A stretch of DNA of 64,000 nucleotides from an uncultured Sedimenticola sp. (GCA_964522855.1 CAZFXI010000003.1:4265-68264), one strand, 5' to 3'; shown: positions 49,755 to 60,004, counted from the first letter of the stretch. Numbers and translations are program-made. The notes: a model not told the origin generated them from the letters alone.

Positions 49755-50327
49755 TTGACTGGAATGCAGAAATTTTGCTTCTGCAAGCCCCGCCGCAGTG
49801 CAGGGATGTCGCTGTTGTTGCTGGCTTTGTTGTTACCGGTCAGTATACATTCTGCGGGCTCAGGTTCCGCAGAATACAAGCTCAAGGTCGCCTTGATCTA
49901 CAAGTTGACCGGGTTCATCGAATGGCCGGAGAGCAGCCTTGAAGGCGGAAAATTCGGTATCTGTATCCTGGGTCGTGATGATTTTGGCAATGCGCTTGAT
50001 GCACTCGAGGCCCGCAAGGTGGACAACCAGGCTATCCATGTCCGGCGTTTTGTCCAGTCCGAGGCGGTGGATGCGAGCTGCCAGATCCTGTTCGTCAGTG
50101 AATCCAAACGCCCTTTCCTGAGAAGCATCCTCCAGTCACTGGCGCACTATCCCATTCTGACCATCGGGGATGTGGAACAGTTTGCGGAAAAAGGCGGCAT
50201 GATCGAGTTTGTCCGCGGCAGCAAACGCATTGGTTTCAGAATCAATCTTCAGGCCAGCAAGGCCGGCCTGAAGATTGCGGCGCCCCTGCTCGATCTGTCC
50301 ACCATCGTGGAGACGACACAACCCTGA
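49755..50327 (+). CDS. YfiR-family (DUF4154) periplasmic protein
   Basis: EYKLKVALIYKLTGFIEWP, ICILG, CQILFVS, LTIGD, GGMIEF, FRINL; start uncertain. Confidence 0.85.
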   Translation: MTGMQKFCFCKPRRSAGMSLLLLALLLPVSIHSAGSGSAEYKLKVALIYKLTGFIEWPESSLEGGKFGICILGRDDFGNALDALEARKVDNQAIHVRRFVQSEAVDASCQILFVSESKRPFLRSILQSLAHYPILTIGDVEQFAEKGGMIEFVRGSKRIGFRINLQASKAGLKIAAPLLDLSTIVETTQP

Positions 50328-50336
50328 ACAGGCTTG

Positions 50337-51581
50337 CTACTGTGCCGGAGTTTTCCCTGTCTCAAGCGCCTCGTCCAGCCACTCGATCCAGTGCCTGACA
50401 GGCTGTTCAGCCTTTTCCTGAAGATGCAGCAGGCAGCCGATATTGGCGGTGGCGATCACCTCACCTCCCGCCTTCTGCAGTTGCAGGAGCTTGTTTTTAC
50501 GCAGTTTCCCGGACAGCTTTGGCTGGGTGATGGAGTAGGTGCCGGCCGAGCCGCAGCACAGATGTGCATCTTCCGGTTCTCGCACGTCGAAGCCCGTTTT
50601 CCGCAGCAGCGCTTCCGTGTGGCCCTGGGCTTTCAGGCCGTGCTGCAACGTGCAAGGGGCATGGAAGCTGATGGCGAAGGTACCGTCAGGCACCCGCAGC
50701 ACCGTCGTGTCCTGTGTCGCGAGAAATTCGCCTATTTCCATGCAGTAGGGCCGAATATGCAGTGATTTGTCGTGATATTCGCTTTTTTCAGGGAACAGCA
50801 AGGGATATTCCCGGATCTCCAGCGCACAGGCGCTGGCGGTCACGAGCAGGGCTTCAGCGCCTTCGTCGATGAGCTTCAGCCAGCGGTCGATGTTGTTGCG
50901 CGCCATGGCGCGGGCGGTTTCAATGTCATCCAGGTGGTGATTCACCGCGCCGCAGCAGGATTCGCCAGGCGCATCGAGCGCCTGAATACCCAGCCGTTGC
51001 AACACCCTGCGGGTGGCGGCATTGATGGAACCGGCGACGACAGATTGCACACAGCCCTGAAACAGAATGATCTTGCGTTGGCAGGTCTGTGGCTCCAGTG
51101 AATGTTGGGCTTTGTCGGCAGCGCCCGGAATCTTGCATCGCAACGCGAGAGGCAACAGAGGACGGAACAGGCGGGCGGTCTTGACCAGGGGCGCCAGCCG
51201 CCGGGGATAGGGCAATGTCGATCTGAGCATTTGGCGCAGACCGCGGTTGGCCAGGGATGGCGGCGCCAGCTCGTTGGCCAGATGGCGGCCGGTGTGCAGC
51301 AGCCGGGCATAGCGCACGCCGGAAGGGCAGGTAGTTTCACAGGAGCGGCAACCCAGGCAACGATCCAGGTGCGCCCGTGATTCGGCGCTGGCCTGGCCGC
51401 TTTCCAGTATCTGCTTGATCAGGTAGATGCGCCCCCGGGGGCCGTCCAGCTCGTTTCCCAGCAGCTGATAGGTCGGGCAGGTGGCGGTGCAGAAACCACA
51501 ATGGACACAGCTGCGCAGGATGGCTTCGGCTTCCTGCAGCGCTTCCGATTGGGCGATGCTTTTGCTGATATGGGTTTCCAT
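50337..51581 (-). CDS. glcF: glycolate oxidase iron-sulfur subunit
   Basis: CVHCGFCTATCP and CLGCRSCETTCP, CCGA and CCGSAG CCG domains, ANIGC. Confidence 0.95.
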   Translation of the reverse strand: METHISKSIAQSEALQEAEAILRSCVHCGFCTATCPTYQLLGNELDGPRGRIYLIKQILESGQASAESRAHLDRCLGCRSCETTCPSGVRYARLLHTGRHLANELAPPSLANRGLRQMLRSTLPYPRRLAPLVKTARLFRPLLPLALRCKIPGAADKAQHSLEPQTCQRKIILFQGCVQSVVAGSINAATRRVLQRLGIQALDAPGESCCGAVNHHLDDIETARAMARNNIDRWLKLIDEGAEALLVTASACALEIREYPLLFPEKSEYHDKSLHIRPYCMEIGEFLATQDTTVLRVPDGTFAISFHAPCTLQHGLKAQGHTEALLRKTGFDVREPEDAHLCCGSAGTYSITQPKLSGKLRKNKLLQLQKAGGEVIATANIGCLLHLQEKAEQPVRHWIEWLDEALETGKTPAQ

Positions 51582-51584
51582 GGC

Positions 51585-52616
51585 CTACAGTTCCGGATAC
51601 AGCCGGCCAGGATTGAAGATGCCCTTGGGGTCGAAGGCCTGCTTGAGCCGCCGGTGCAGCATCATCAGGGCAGGCGACAAGGGCTGGAATGGCCCGTTGC
51701 TGAATGAGCTGGCATGTCCGCCGGCTTCGACAGAGATTTTCTGGATGTCGGCAGCGGCTGCTTCGCTGAGCAGCCAGCGCTGGGCGCCACCCCAGTCCAA
51801 CAAATAATCACCGGGCAGTTCGAGCTTTCCCGCTGCGCGGGGAAGGGACAGCCGCCACAGGGGCAGCTCGTTTTTGAAGAAGGGTAGCCACTGCTCCTTC
51901 AGGTCCTGCCAGAAATCGTTGTTTTCCAGGGCTTCGCCGCCGATCTGTTTGCGGGCAGCTTCTACCGCAGCCGGGGTGCCGCCGAGCCTGATCCACAGCC
52001 GGCCCTGGTGCCAGGCCGCGCCGCTGAGAGGCAAGGGCAGCCGGTTCCATTCGATGAAGCGGGCCAGCGCTGTGGGCTCGTCCGCTTCCTGGCTCAGGGT
52101 GATTTCTGTTCGTGGCGCGGGAATGGTCTTGATACTCAGTTCCACCAATAGCCCCAGGCTGCCGAAAGCGCCGCATTGCAGCCGGGAAACATCATAGCCG
52201 GCTACGTTCTTGATCACCTCGCCACCAAAATGCAGGAGCTCGCCCTTGCCGTTGATCAGCTTGCAACCCAGCACGAAATCCCTGGCTGCGCCCCGCCAAG
52301 GTCGTGATGGTCCGGACAGTCCGCAGGCGATGGCGCCACCCAAGGTAGCGGATGGGGAAAAGTGGGGTGGCTCGAATGGCAGCATCTGCCCGTTTTCGGC
52401 CAGCAGGGTTTCGACTTCGGTCAGGGGTGTGCCGGCCTTTGCGCGGATGAACAGCTCTTCCGGCTGATAGTCGATGATGCCGTTGAGTTTACCGGTGGAG
52501 ATGGCTTCATCTGCTGCCACAGGCTGCCCCAGAAAATGCTTGCTGCCACCACCCTGAACAGTGAGCGCTGTGCCCTGCTCGAAGGCTTCCAGGATCTGTT
52601 CCTGCAATGCCTGCAT
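51585..52616 (-). CDS. glcE: glycolate oxidase FAD-binding subunit
   Basis: GGGSK, YQPEEL, MLPFEPP, GGEVIKNVAGYDVSRL, AFDPKGIFNPGR. Confidence 0.94.
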   Translation of the reverse strand: MQALQEQILEAFEQGTALTVQGGGSKHFLGQPVAADEAISTGKLNGIIDYQPEELFIRAKAGTPLTEVETLLAENGQMLPFEPPHFSPSATLGGAIACGLSGPSRPWRGAARDFVLGCKLINGKGELLHFGGEVIKNVAGYDVSRLQCGAFGSLGLLVELSIKTIPAPRTEITLSQEADEPTALARFIEWNRLPLPLSGAAWHQGRLWIRLGGTPAAVEAARKQIGGEALENNDFWQDLKEQWLPFFKNELPLWRLSLPRAAGKLELPGDYLLDWGGAQRWLLSEAAAADIQKISVEAGGHASSFSNGPFQPLSPALMMLHRRLKQAFDPKGIFNPGRLYPEL

Positions 52617-54106
52617 CAGAAACGTTCGAGCTCAGGGAAGGGCAGTTCCCCGTTGTGCACATGCATGGCGCCCAGTTCGGCGCAGCGATGCAGGGTGGGA
52701 ATGGCCTTGCCGGGATTGAGCAGCCCTTTGGGGTCAAGAGCGGCCTTGATGGCGTGAAACTGGGCCAGCTCCAGCGCCTGAAACTGCACGCACATCTGGT
52801 CGATCTTCTCGCTGCCTACGCCGTGCTCGCCGGTGATGGTGCCGCCGACCTCCACGCACAGGCTGAGGATATCCCCGCCGAAACGCTCGGCCTTTTCCAG
52901 CTCTCCCGGTTTGTTCGCATCATAGAGCACCAGAGGATGCAGGTTGCCGTCGCCGGCATGGAAGACGTTGGCCACGCGCAGGTCATAGTCTTTCGACATC
53001 TGTTCCAGGCGGCCCAGCACCTGGGGCAGCTGGTGGCGGGGGATGGTGCCATCCATGCAATAGTAATCCGGCGAGATGCGCCCCACGGCGGGAAAGGCGG
53101 CTTTGCGTCCCGCCCACAACTGTTGGCGTTCCGCCTCGGTATGAGAAAGGCGATGGCTGCTGCAGTGGTTCTGTTCCATGATGGCCAGCACCCTGGTGAG
53201 GGTTTCGTCCACCTCCGCCGGGGTGCCGTCGAGTTCGCACAGCAGGATGGCGGCAGCATCCAGGGGGTAGCCAGCATGAACGAAATCCTCGGCTGCGCGC
53301 AGGGAGAGGTTGTCCATCATCTCCAGACCTGCGGGAATGATGCCGGCACGCAGGATGGCGCCCACGGTCTTGCCCGCCTGCTCCACGCTGTCGAAGGCCG
53401 CAAGGATGACCTGTGCCGCGGGGGGTACGGGTAGCAGCTTCACTGTGACCTCGGTGATGATGCCCAGCAGGCCCTCCGAGCCGGTCATCAGCGCCATCAG
53501 ATCGTAGCCCGGGCTGTCCAGGGCGTCGCCGCCCAGTTCCAACAACTCGCCTGCGGCTGTGATGATGCGCAGCTTGAGGATATTGTGTACGGTGAGACCG
53601 TATTTCAGGCAATGCACGCCGCCGGAGTTTTCCGCCACGTTGCCACCGATGGTGCAGGCGATTTGTGAGGAAGGATCTGGCGCATAATACAGCCCAAATT
53701 TTTTCGCCGCATCGCTGATGGCCAGGTTGCGCACCCCAGGTTGCACCCGGGCGCTGAGGTTGTCTGCGTCGATGTTCAGGATGCTGTTCAAGCGTGCCAG
53801 ACTGAGCACCAGCCCCTGTTCCACGGGCTGGGCGCCCCCCGAGAGACCGGTGCCCGCGCCACGGGGCACGATGGGCAAGTCCTGTTCATGGCAGAGGCGC
53901 ATCACGTCCCGCACCTGGGCTTCTGTTTCGGGCAGTGCCACCGCCAGGGGCAGGGCGCGCTTGGCGGTCAGTCCGTCACATTCATAGGGGCGCAGCAGTT
54001 CTTCATGCTCGATCAGGCCATCGTCGGGCAGGATCGATTTCAGGGCATTGCGTAATTTCTTGGATAAGGGCATGGATATGCTGGCCGCGGCACTGGTATA
54101 TTCCAA
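52616..54106 (-). CDS. glcD: glycolate oxidase subunit GlcD
   Basis: PRGAGTGLSGGA, PDPSSQIACTIGGNVAENSGG, FHAGDGNLHP, GEHGVG; start 54106 or 54073; stop overlaps the glcE ATG. Confidence 0.96.
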   Translation of the reverse strand: MEYTSAAASISMPLSKKLRNALKSILPDDGLIEHEELLRPYECDGLTAKRALPLAVALPETEAQVRDVMRLCHEQDLPIVPRGAGTGLSGGAQPVEQGLVLSLARLNSILNIDADNLSARVQPGVRNLAISDAAKKFGLYYAPDPSSQIACTIGGNVAENSGGVHCLKYGLTVHNILKLRIITAAGELLELGGDALDSPGYDLMALMTGSEGLLGIITEVTVKLLPVPPAAQVILAAFDSVEQAGKTVGAILRAGIIPAGLEMMDNLSLRAAEDFVHAGYPLDAAAILLCELDGTPAEVDETLTRVLAIMEQNHCSSHRLSHTEAERQQLWAGRKAAFPAVGRISPDYYCMDGTIPRHQLPQVLGRLEQMSKDYDLRVANVFHAGDGNLHPLVLYDANKPGELEKAERFGGDILSLCVEVGGTITGEHGVGSEKIDQMCVQFQALELAQFHAIKAALDPKGLLNPGKAIPTLHRCAELGAMHVHNGELPFPELERF

Positions 54107-54163
54107 TCAGAATATATCAATACCGGTTGTTGTAATAGCCGGATAACAATAGAGGAATTGAAC

Positions 54164-55345
54164 ATGTCCACCGTTTCCACCTTCAACCCCCCCGTTCGCA
54201 CGCTCATGGGACCCGGACCTTCCGATGTCTCGCCCAGAGTCCTCGAAGCCTTGTCACGCCCCACCATCGGCCACCTCGATCCACGTTTCGTGGAGATGAT
54301 GGAAGAGGTCAAGGGATTGCTGCAGTACGCTTTCCAGACCGAGAACGCCATGACCATGCCGGTATCGGCGCCGGGTTCCGCCGGTATGGAAAGCTGCTTC
54401 ACCAATCTCATCGAGGCAGGGGACAAGGTCATCGTGTGTCAGAACGGCGTGTTCGGTGGCCGCATGAAGGAAAATGTCATCCGTTGTGGTGGCGAGGCCG
54501 TCATGGTGGAAGACGAGTGGGGGACGGTAGTCGATCCCGCCAAGGTGGAAGACGCACTCAAGGCCAATCCCGATGCAAAGATCCTGGCCTTTGTGCATGC
54601 GGAAACGTCCACCGGCGCGCAATCCGATGCCGCAACACTGTGCAAGCTGGCGCAGGATCGTGGCTGCCTGAGCATCGTGGATGCGGTGACTTCCCTGGGC
54701 GGCACGCCGGTGAAGGTGGATGAATGGGGCGCGGATGCCATCTATTCCGGCACCCAGAAATGCCTGTCCTGTGTGCCGGGCCTGTCACCGGTGAGCTTCA
54801 GCGACAAGGCACTGGCGGTAATCAAGAGCCGCAAATCACCGGTACAGAGCTGGTTCCTGGACCTGAATCTGGTCATGGGTTACTGGGGCAGTGGCGCCCA
54901 GCGCACCTACCATCACACCGCCCCGGTCAATTCCCTTTACGCCCTGCACGAATCCCTGCTCATCCTCAAGGAAGAAGGGCTGGAAAACGCCTGGGCGCGG
55001 CATGAGAAAAACCATCAGGCGCTGAAAGCCGGACTGGAAGCCATGGGCATTGGTTTTATCGTCAAGGACGGCGATCGTCTGCCTCAACTCAATGCCGTTA
55101 CCGTGCCCGAAGGCGTGGATGAAGCGGCGGTGCGCAAGGCGTTGCTGGACGATTTCGATCTGGAGATCGGTGCCGGCCTGGGCACCCTCGCCGGCAAGGT
55201 CTGGCGTATCGGCCTCATGGGGCATGCCAGTAACCAGAAGAATGTGCTGTTGTGCCTGTCTGCCCTGGAAGCGGTGCTCAGTCAGATGAAGGCGCCCATC
55301 AGCAAGGGCGTAGCGCTGGACGCGGCCATGGCTGTTTATGCCTGA
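54164..55345 (+). CDS. alanine/serine-glyoxylate aminotransferase (class V PLP)
   Basis: LMGPGPS, GSAGME, VHAETSTG, VDAVTSLGG, SGTQKCLS (PLP Lys), YHHTAPVN, WRIGLMG. Confidence 0.9.
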   Translation: MSTVSTFNPPVRTLMGPGPSDVSPRVLEALSRPTIGHLDPRFVEMMEEVKGLLQYAFQTENAMTMPVSAPGSAGMESCFTNLIEAGDKVIVCQNGVFGGRMKENVIRCGGEAVMVEDEWGTVVDPAKVEDALKANPDAKILAFVHAETSTGAQSDAATLCKLAQDRGCLSIVDAVTSLGGTPVKVDEWGADAIYSGTQKCLSCVPGLSPVSFSDKALAVIKSRKSPVQSWFLDLNLVMGYWGSGAQRTYHHTAPVNSLYALHESLLILKEEGLENAWARHEKNHQALKAGLEAMGIGFIVKDGDRLPQLNAVTVPEGVDEAAVRKALLDDFDLEIGAGLGTLAGKVWRIGLMGHASNQKNVLLCLSALEAVLSQMKAPISKGVALDAAMAVYA

Positions 55346-55445
55346 CCGGATGACATGACCTGTAAATGACGGCCGCTTCTGCCGACGGTATTTACAGGAA
55401 TGGAAGCAAGCAGAAACGGGCCATGGAAGTGATGGCCGCGACACC

Positions 55446-57177
55446 TCAGGGCGTGGTGGGCAGCAGCGCTTCCGAAAGGCTGTCGGTGTCTCCGGAAAAG
55501 ACGCAGTTTCGCCCGAGTGCCTTGGCGCGGTAGAGGTGTCTGTCCGCCTGTTGAAACAGCGCTTCGATGCTGAGATGTGGGGAACTGGTGTGCGCCACAC
55601 CGAAACTTGCGGTCAGTGTCATTCCCTTGATGGTGGTGTCCATGCGTGCAAGAATCCGGCGCAGCCGCTCCGCCATTCCCGTGGCTTCACCGAGCGTTGT
55701 TTCCGGGAGAAACAGGATGAACTCTTCTCCTCCCCAGCGGGCGAGGATATCCCCGGTTCTCGCATTGGCACCCAGCAGGGAAGCGGTGTGCTGGAGCGTC
55801 CTGTCACCCGTCATATGGCCATGCTGGTCGTTGACCTTCTTGAAGCGATCCAGATCCAGTAGAATGATGGACATGTGATGCTGGTTTCGCAGTCCGGTAT
55901 CCCATAGGGGACGAATCCGGTCATGAAACCCCCGTCGGTTGTACATGCCCGTCAAATGATCGATATTGGCCAGCCTTTCCGCCATCAGCTTTTCTTTCTG
56001 CAGAATCCGGAACTGATCGGCCAGGGCAAAGGCCAGCAGAATGGCATCGAAGAGCATGGCGATTTCAACGATATAGATAGCGAAGTCGCCCAAGTCCAGC
56101 GAAGCGGTCACGATGATCATTGACAGAAGCAGAGCGCTTGCATGAGTGACGGATGCGGCGAAAAAATACTTTGCCGAAGGGATGCCGTTGCGCCAAGAAA
56201 TCAGGCCAAGAAAGATGATGCCCGTGGAATAAAGGACGAGAAGGGCGGCGGATATTGCCACCAGCACACTCTGTAGATCCAGCAGAGCCAACGAAGCGCC
56301 CATCACTATGATGGAAATGATTGTCACGATGATGCCCTTGTAAAGGCGGGGAAAATGCTGCTTCAAGTCCAGAAAACTGGCCGCAAAACCCAAGCCGGAA
56401 AGGATGAATGCGATGATCAATGCGGGATTGCTCCATTTCTGCAGCAGGTAATGGTCTGGCCAGAGAAACTGATAGGCATGTCCCGTAAATGCCAGATTGG
56501 CGGTAAGGAAGCTGAACAGATACAGGGAGTAGAAGAGATAGCTGCGTCTTCCGAGGTTGAAGAAAAGGACCAGGTTGTAGATCAGCAGGGCCGATAGACC
56601 ACCATAGAGGATGCCATACCAGTAAGATTTACCCATTTGCCGGGAAAGATACTGCTCCGGCGTGGAGAAATACAGGGGCAGCACCATGGCCCCGGATGTT
56701 GCCACGCGGACATAGACGATGGTTTTTCCCGGCGGATAGCTGTGATCGAAAGCAAAAAAGCGGCTTTCCACGGGGCGCTGAGAAAATGCCAGACTGTCAC
56801 CCGTGTGCAAATGCCGGATCAGTTTCCCCCGCTGGAGAACAAAGAAATCCACCTGATCCAGCCATGCCCTTTCCAGGGACAGCCTGCGCAGCATGGATCG
56901 ATCGGTGCCATTTTGCACTGCCATGCGTAGCCATACAGGAGGAGCGTTGAGGCCGAATCGTAAAAAAAGCAGGGGAAGGTGTGAATTTTCCTCTGACATA
57001 GGCAGCCATGGCATCTTCCAGATCGAGTACGCCATCGGATTCCTGTAGATAGGCCAGGGATAGGCTCGCAGGCGCGGAAGATTGCCGGGCAATATCCGAA
57101 GGCTCAATGCTTGCGTGGGAGGCCGCAATGCAAAATAGTATCAGGCAAAGAAAAAGGAACAGACGTTTCATCGGCAA
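55446..57177 (-). pseudogene. 7TM-DISM (DISMED2 + 7TM) GGDEF diguanylate cyclase split by a one-base frameshift
   Basis: Signal peptide and start of DISMED2 lie in ORF 56797..57177; the remainder (PVWLR..., 7 TMs, RTGD I-site, GGEEF) lies in ORF 55446..57128; the frames join by deleting one base of the T7 run at 56962-56968. Confidence 0.8.
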
Positions 57178-57203
57178 ATACTATCGGCAGGCTGGAAAGC
57201 GCC

Positions 57204-57506
57204 TTAAACTCCTTGCTGCTCCCAAGGCTCATGGATCTCCAGTGTGCAGCCGTAGCCGTGGTAGCCATGCCGCTCCTCTTCCACACAGCGTATGACCTGC
57301 AGGTGCATGTGTACAGGCGCCGGATCATATTCTGATTTCATTACCACTTCCAGCTCGTCGGCTACCTCCAAGTCCTCCGGAAGCCACACCATGGTCCCCG
57401 TGGTACTGACATCAGCCAGAAAGCCGGTACGATACTTGTCTTCCGGCTTCCTGCGGAATTGTACCGGGCCATGCCATTCCACGCGGGGGCTGATTCTTCG
57501 ATCCAT
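57204..57506 (-). CDS. stand-alone PilZ domain protein
   Basis: RISPR (RxxxR) and DVSTTG (DxSxxG) c-di-GMP-binding motifs; GGAG SD. Confidence 0.82.
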   Translation of the reverse strand: MDRRISPRVEWHGPVQFRRKPEDKYRTGFLADVSTTGTMVWLPEDLEVADELEVVMKSEYDPAPVHMHLQVIRCVEEERHGYHGYGCTLEIHEPWEQQGV

Positions 57507-57559
57507 TTTCTACTCCACTCGCAATAATACCGATGCTTTCAATCATAGCGCATATTGTC

Positions 57560-59914
57560 TCAGCGTTTTGAGAACAGGTGGGGTAGAACATCGTCATAAG
57601 TAGTGGCGAAATGCACCTTGATGCCTTTACGGATATATTCGGGAATCTCCTCCCAGTCGCCTGTGTTATCTGCGGGCAACAGCAGCTCACGAATACCGAC
57701 ACGCCGTGCGGCGATGACCTTCTCTCTAACGCCACCCACAGGGAATACCTCTCCCGTGAGGGTCAGTTCCCCGGTCATGGCGATGTTGCGGACGGGTTTG
57801 TTCAGCGCCAGTGAAAGCAGTGCCGAGGCCATGGTCACGCCGGCAGAAGGGCCATCCTTGGGGGTGGCGCCGGCCGGTACATGCAGATGAATGAAGGACT
57901 TCTCGAAGAACTCGGCATCGATGCCGAACTGCTCTGCATGGCTGACCACGAAACCATAGGCAATTTCTGCCGACTCCTTCATCACATCACCAAGCTGGCC
58001 GGTGAGTTTGAAGCCGCGGGTGAAGCTGTGGGTGTGCACGGCTTCGATGCTCAGGGTGGCGCCGCCCATGGAGGTCCAGGCCAGGCCCGTGACCACGCCG
58101 GGGCCGGACAACTTGCGTTCGTCGCTGAAGACGGCTGGTCCCAGGTAGTCCTTAAGGTTATCGATGGTGATTTCGATGGGCAGTTTGCTGCCTTCGAGCA
58201 TCTTTACCACCGCCTTGCGCACGATCTTCGCGAGTTGCTTGTCCAAGCGCCGCACGCCCGCATCCCGGGCATAGTCCTGGATGATCTTGCGCATCACCGG
58301 TGCGTTGATCTTGATCTGGCCGCGCTTCAGACCCGCGCTCTTGATCTGCTTGGGCAGCAGGAAACGCCGGGCGATCTGCAGCTTGTCCTCGGCGATATAG
58401 CCGGACAGCTGAATGATCTCCATGCGGTCCAGCAGAGGTGCGGGAATGGTGTCGAGCTGGTTGGCGGTGCAGATGAACAGGGTTTCCGACAGATCGAAAC
58501 GCAAGTCCAGATAATGATCGAGAAACTCGGCGTTCTGTTCCGGGTCCAGCACCTCCAGCAGGGCCGAGGCGGGATCACCCTGGAAGCTGGCGCCGATCTT
58601 GTCGATCTCGTCCAGCATGATCACCGGGTTCTGGGTGCCGGCGGTTTTCATGGCCTGGATGAACTTGCCGGGCATGGCGCCCACATAGGTGCGTCGGTGG
58701 CCCTTGATCTCCGCCTCGTCACGCATCCCGCCCACGGAAAAGCGGTAGAACTTGCGGTTCATGGCTTCGGCCACAGATTTGCCGATGGAGGTCTTGCCCA
58801 CGCCGGGAGGCCCCACCAGCAGGATCATGGAGCCCTTGATTTCCCCGCGCTGTATGCCCAGGGCGAGGAACTCGAGGATGCGGTCTTTCACGTCATTCAG
58901 GCCGAAATGATCCCGGTCCAGCACCTTGCGGGCATGGGCCAGATCCAGATTGTCGTCAGATTCGACGCCCCAGGGCAGCTGGGTGATCCAGTCCAGGTAG
59001 CTGCGGGTGACATTGTATTCCGCCGAACTGGAATCGAGGATGGACAGCTTGTCCAGCTCTTCTTCCACCCGCTCTTTCGCTTCGTCGCTAAGTTTCAGCT
59101 GCATCATGCGCTCGCGGTACTTGTCGATGTCCGCGGTGCGGTCGTCCTTGGAGATTCCCAGCTCCTGCTGGATCACCTTGAGCTGCTCACGCAGGAAGAA
59201 TTCCCGCTGCTGGGCGTCCATGTGTTCTTCCACGGTATCGCGGATCTTTTGCTGGGAACGTGCCAGGTCCAGCTCCTTGCTCAGCAGGGCCAGCACTTTT
59301 TCCATGCGTGGCAACAGCTCCACCGTTTCCAGCACTTCCTGCTGCTCCTGCTTGCTGGAGGAGGTCAATCCGGTGGCAAAATCCGCCAGCAGGGAAGGGT
59401 TTTCCGGGCCGAAGCGGTCGAGGAAAAAGCGCAGCTCTTCCTGCAACAGGGGGTTGAGGGGCAGCAGTTCCTTGATGGTGTTGACGATGGCCAGGGCATA
59501 GGCCTTGATATCCTTGGTCAGCTTGCCGGAAGGCTCGCGCAGGTAGTCTACCCGGGCGATGTAGGGCGGGTTTTCGCTGATGTATTTCTCGATGCGAAAG
59601 CGCTGCAGACATTCCACCAGCACCTGCAACTGCCCATCCACCTCGTGTACCTTGTGGATGCGTCCCACGGTGCCCACCCGGTACATGGCCTTGGTGGTGG
59701 TTTTCTCCGCCTCGTCATCAGCGGTGAGCACCAGGCCGATGAGATCGGAATTGGACTCCCGGATCGCCTTGAGCGTCGGTGCCCAGTACTTCGCGTCCAT
59801 GAGCAAAGGCACGCCCTGACCCGGAAAAAATGGCCGGGCGGCGATAGGCAGAAGATGAATGATACTGGGCAGCACTTCGTCTGCGCGGGCAAGCAACTGG
59901 CTTTCTTCGGTCAT
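57560..59914 (-). CDS. lon: Lon protease (endopeptidase La)
   Basis: LonN domain, [22 protein letters not shown] (Ser), GGVREK (Lys). Confidence 0.96.
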   Translation of the reverse strand: MTEESQLLARADEVLPSIIHLLPIAARPFFPGQGVPLLMDAKYWAPTLKAIRESNSDLIGLVLTADDEAEKTTTKAMYRVGTVGRIHKVHEVDGQLQVLVECLQRFRIEKYISENPPYIARVDYLREPSGKLTKDIKAYALAIVNTIKELLPLNPLLQEELRFFLDRFGPENPSLLADFATGLTSSSKQEQQEVLETVELLPRMEKVLALLSKELDLARSQQKIRDTVEEHMDAQQREFFLREQLKVIQQELGISKDDRTADIDKYRERMMQLKLSDEAKERVEEELDKLSILDSSSAEYNVTRSYLDWITQLPWGVESDDNLDLAHARKVLDRDHFGLNDVKDRILEFLALGIQRGEIKGSMILLVGPPGVGKTSIGKSVAEAMNRKFYRFSVGGMRDEAEIKGHRRTYVGAMPGKFIQAMKTAGTQNPVIMLDEIDKIGASFQGDPASALLEVLDPEQNAEFLDHYLDLRFDLSETLFICTANQLDTIPAPLLDRMEIIQLSGYIAEDKLQIARRFLLPKQIKSAGLKRGQIKINAPVMRKIIQDYARDAGVRRLDKQLAKIVRKAVVKMLEGSKLPIEITIDNLKDYLGPAVFSDERKLSGPGVVTGLAWTSMGGATLSIEAVHTHSFTRGFKLTGQLGDVMKESAEIAYGFVVSHAEQFGIDAEFFEKSFIHLHVPAGATPKDGPSAGVTMASALLSLALNKPVRNIAMTGELTLTGEVFPVGGVREKVIAARRVGIRELLLPADNTGDWEEIPEYIRKGIKVHFATTYDDVLPHLFSKR

Positions 59915-59950
59915 TTACTGTCCGGGTTAAGTGGTTCCATGGATTTTCCA

Positions 59951-59958
59951 ACATGGGG
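59951..59958 (-). promoter_or_regulatory. sigma32-like -10 element for lon
   Basis: CCCCATGT on the minus strand matches CCCCATnT; the -35 (GTTGTTT, 13 nt upstream) is only partial. Confidence 0.4.
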
Positions 59959-59970
59959 ATGGAAGGAGAG

Positions 59971-60004
59971 AAAACAACCCCTTTTCCAGTCGGGAGAGGG
60001 GTTG
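59971..60004 (-). terminator. probable intrinsic terminator of the orphan gene
   Basis: caacccct / aggggttg 8-bp stem followed by TTTT on the minus strand. Confidence 0.55.
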
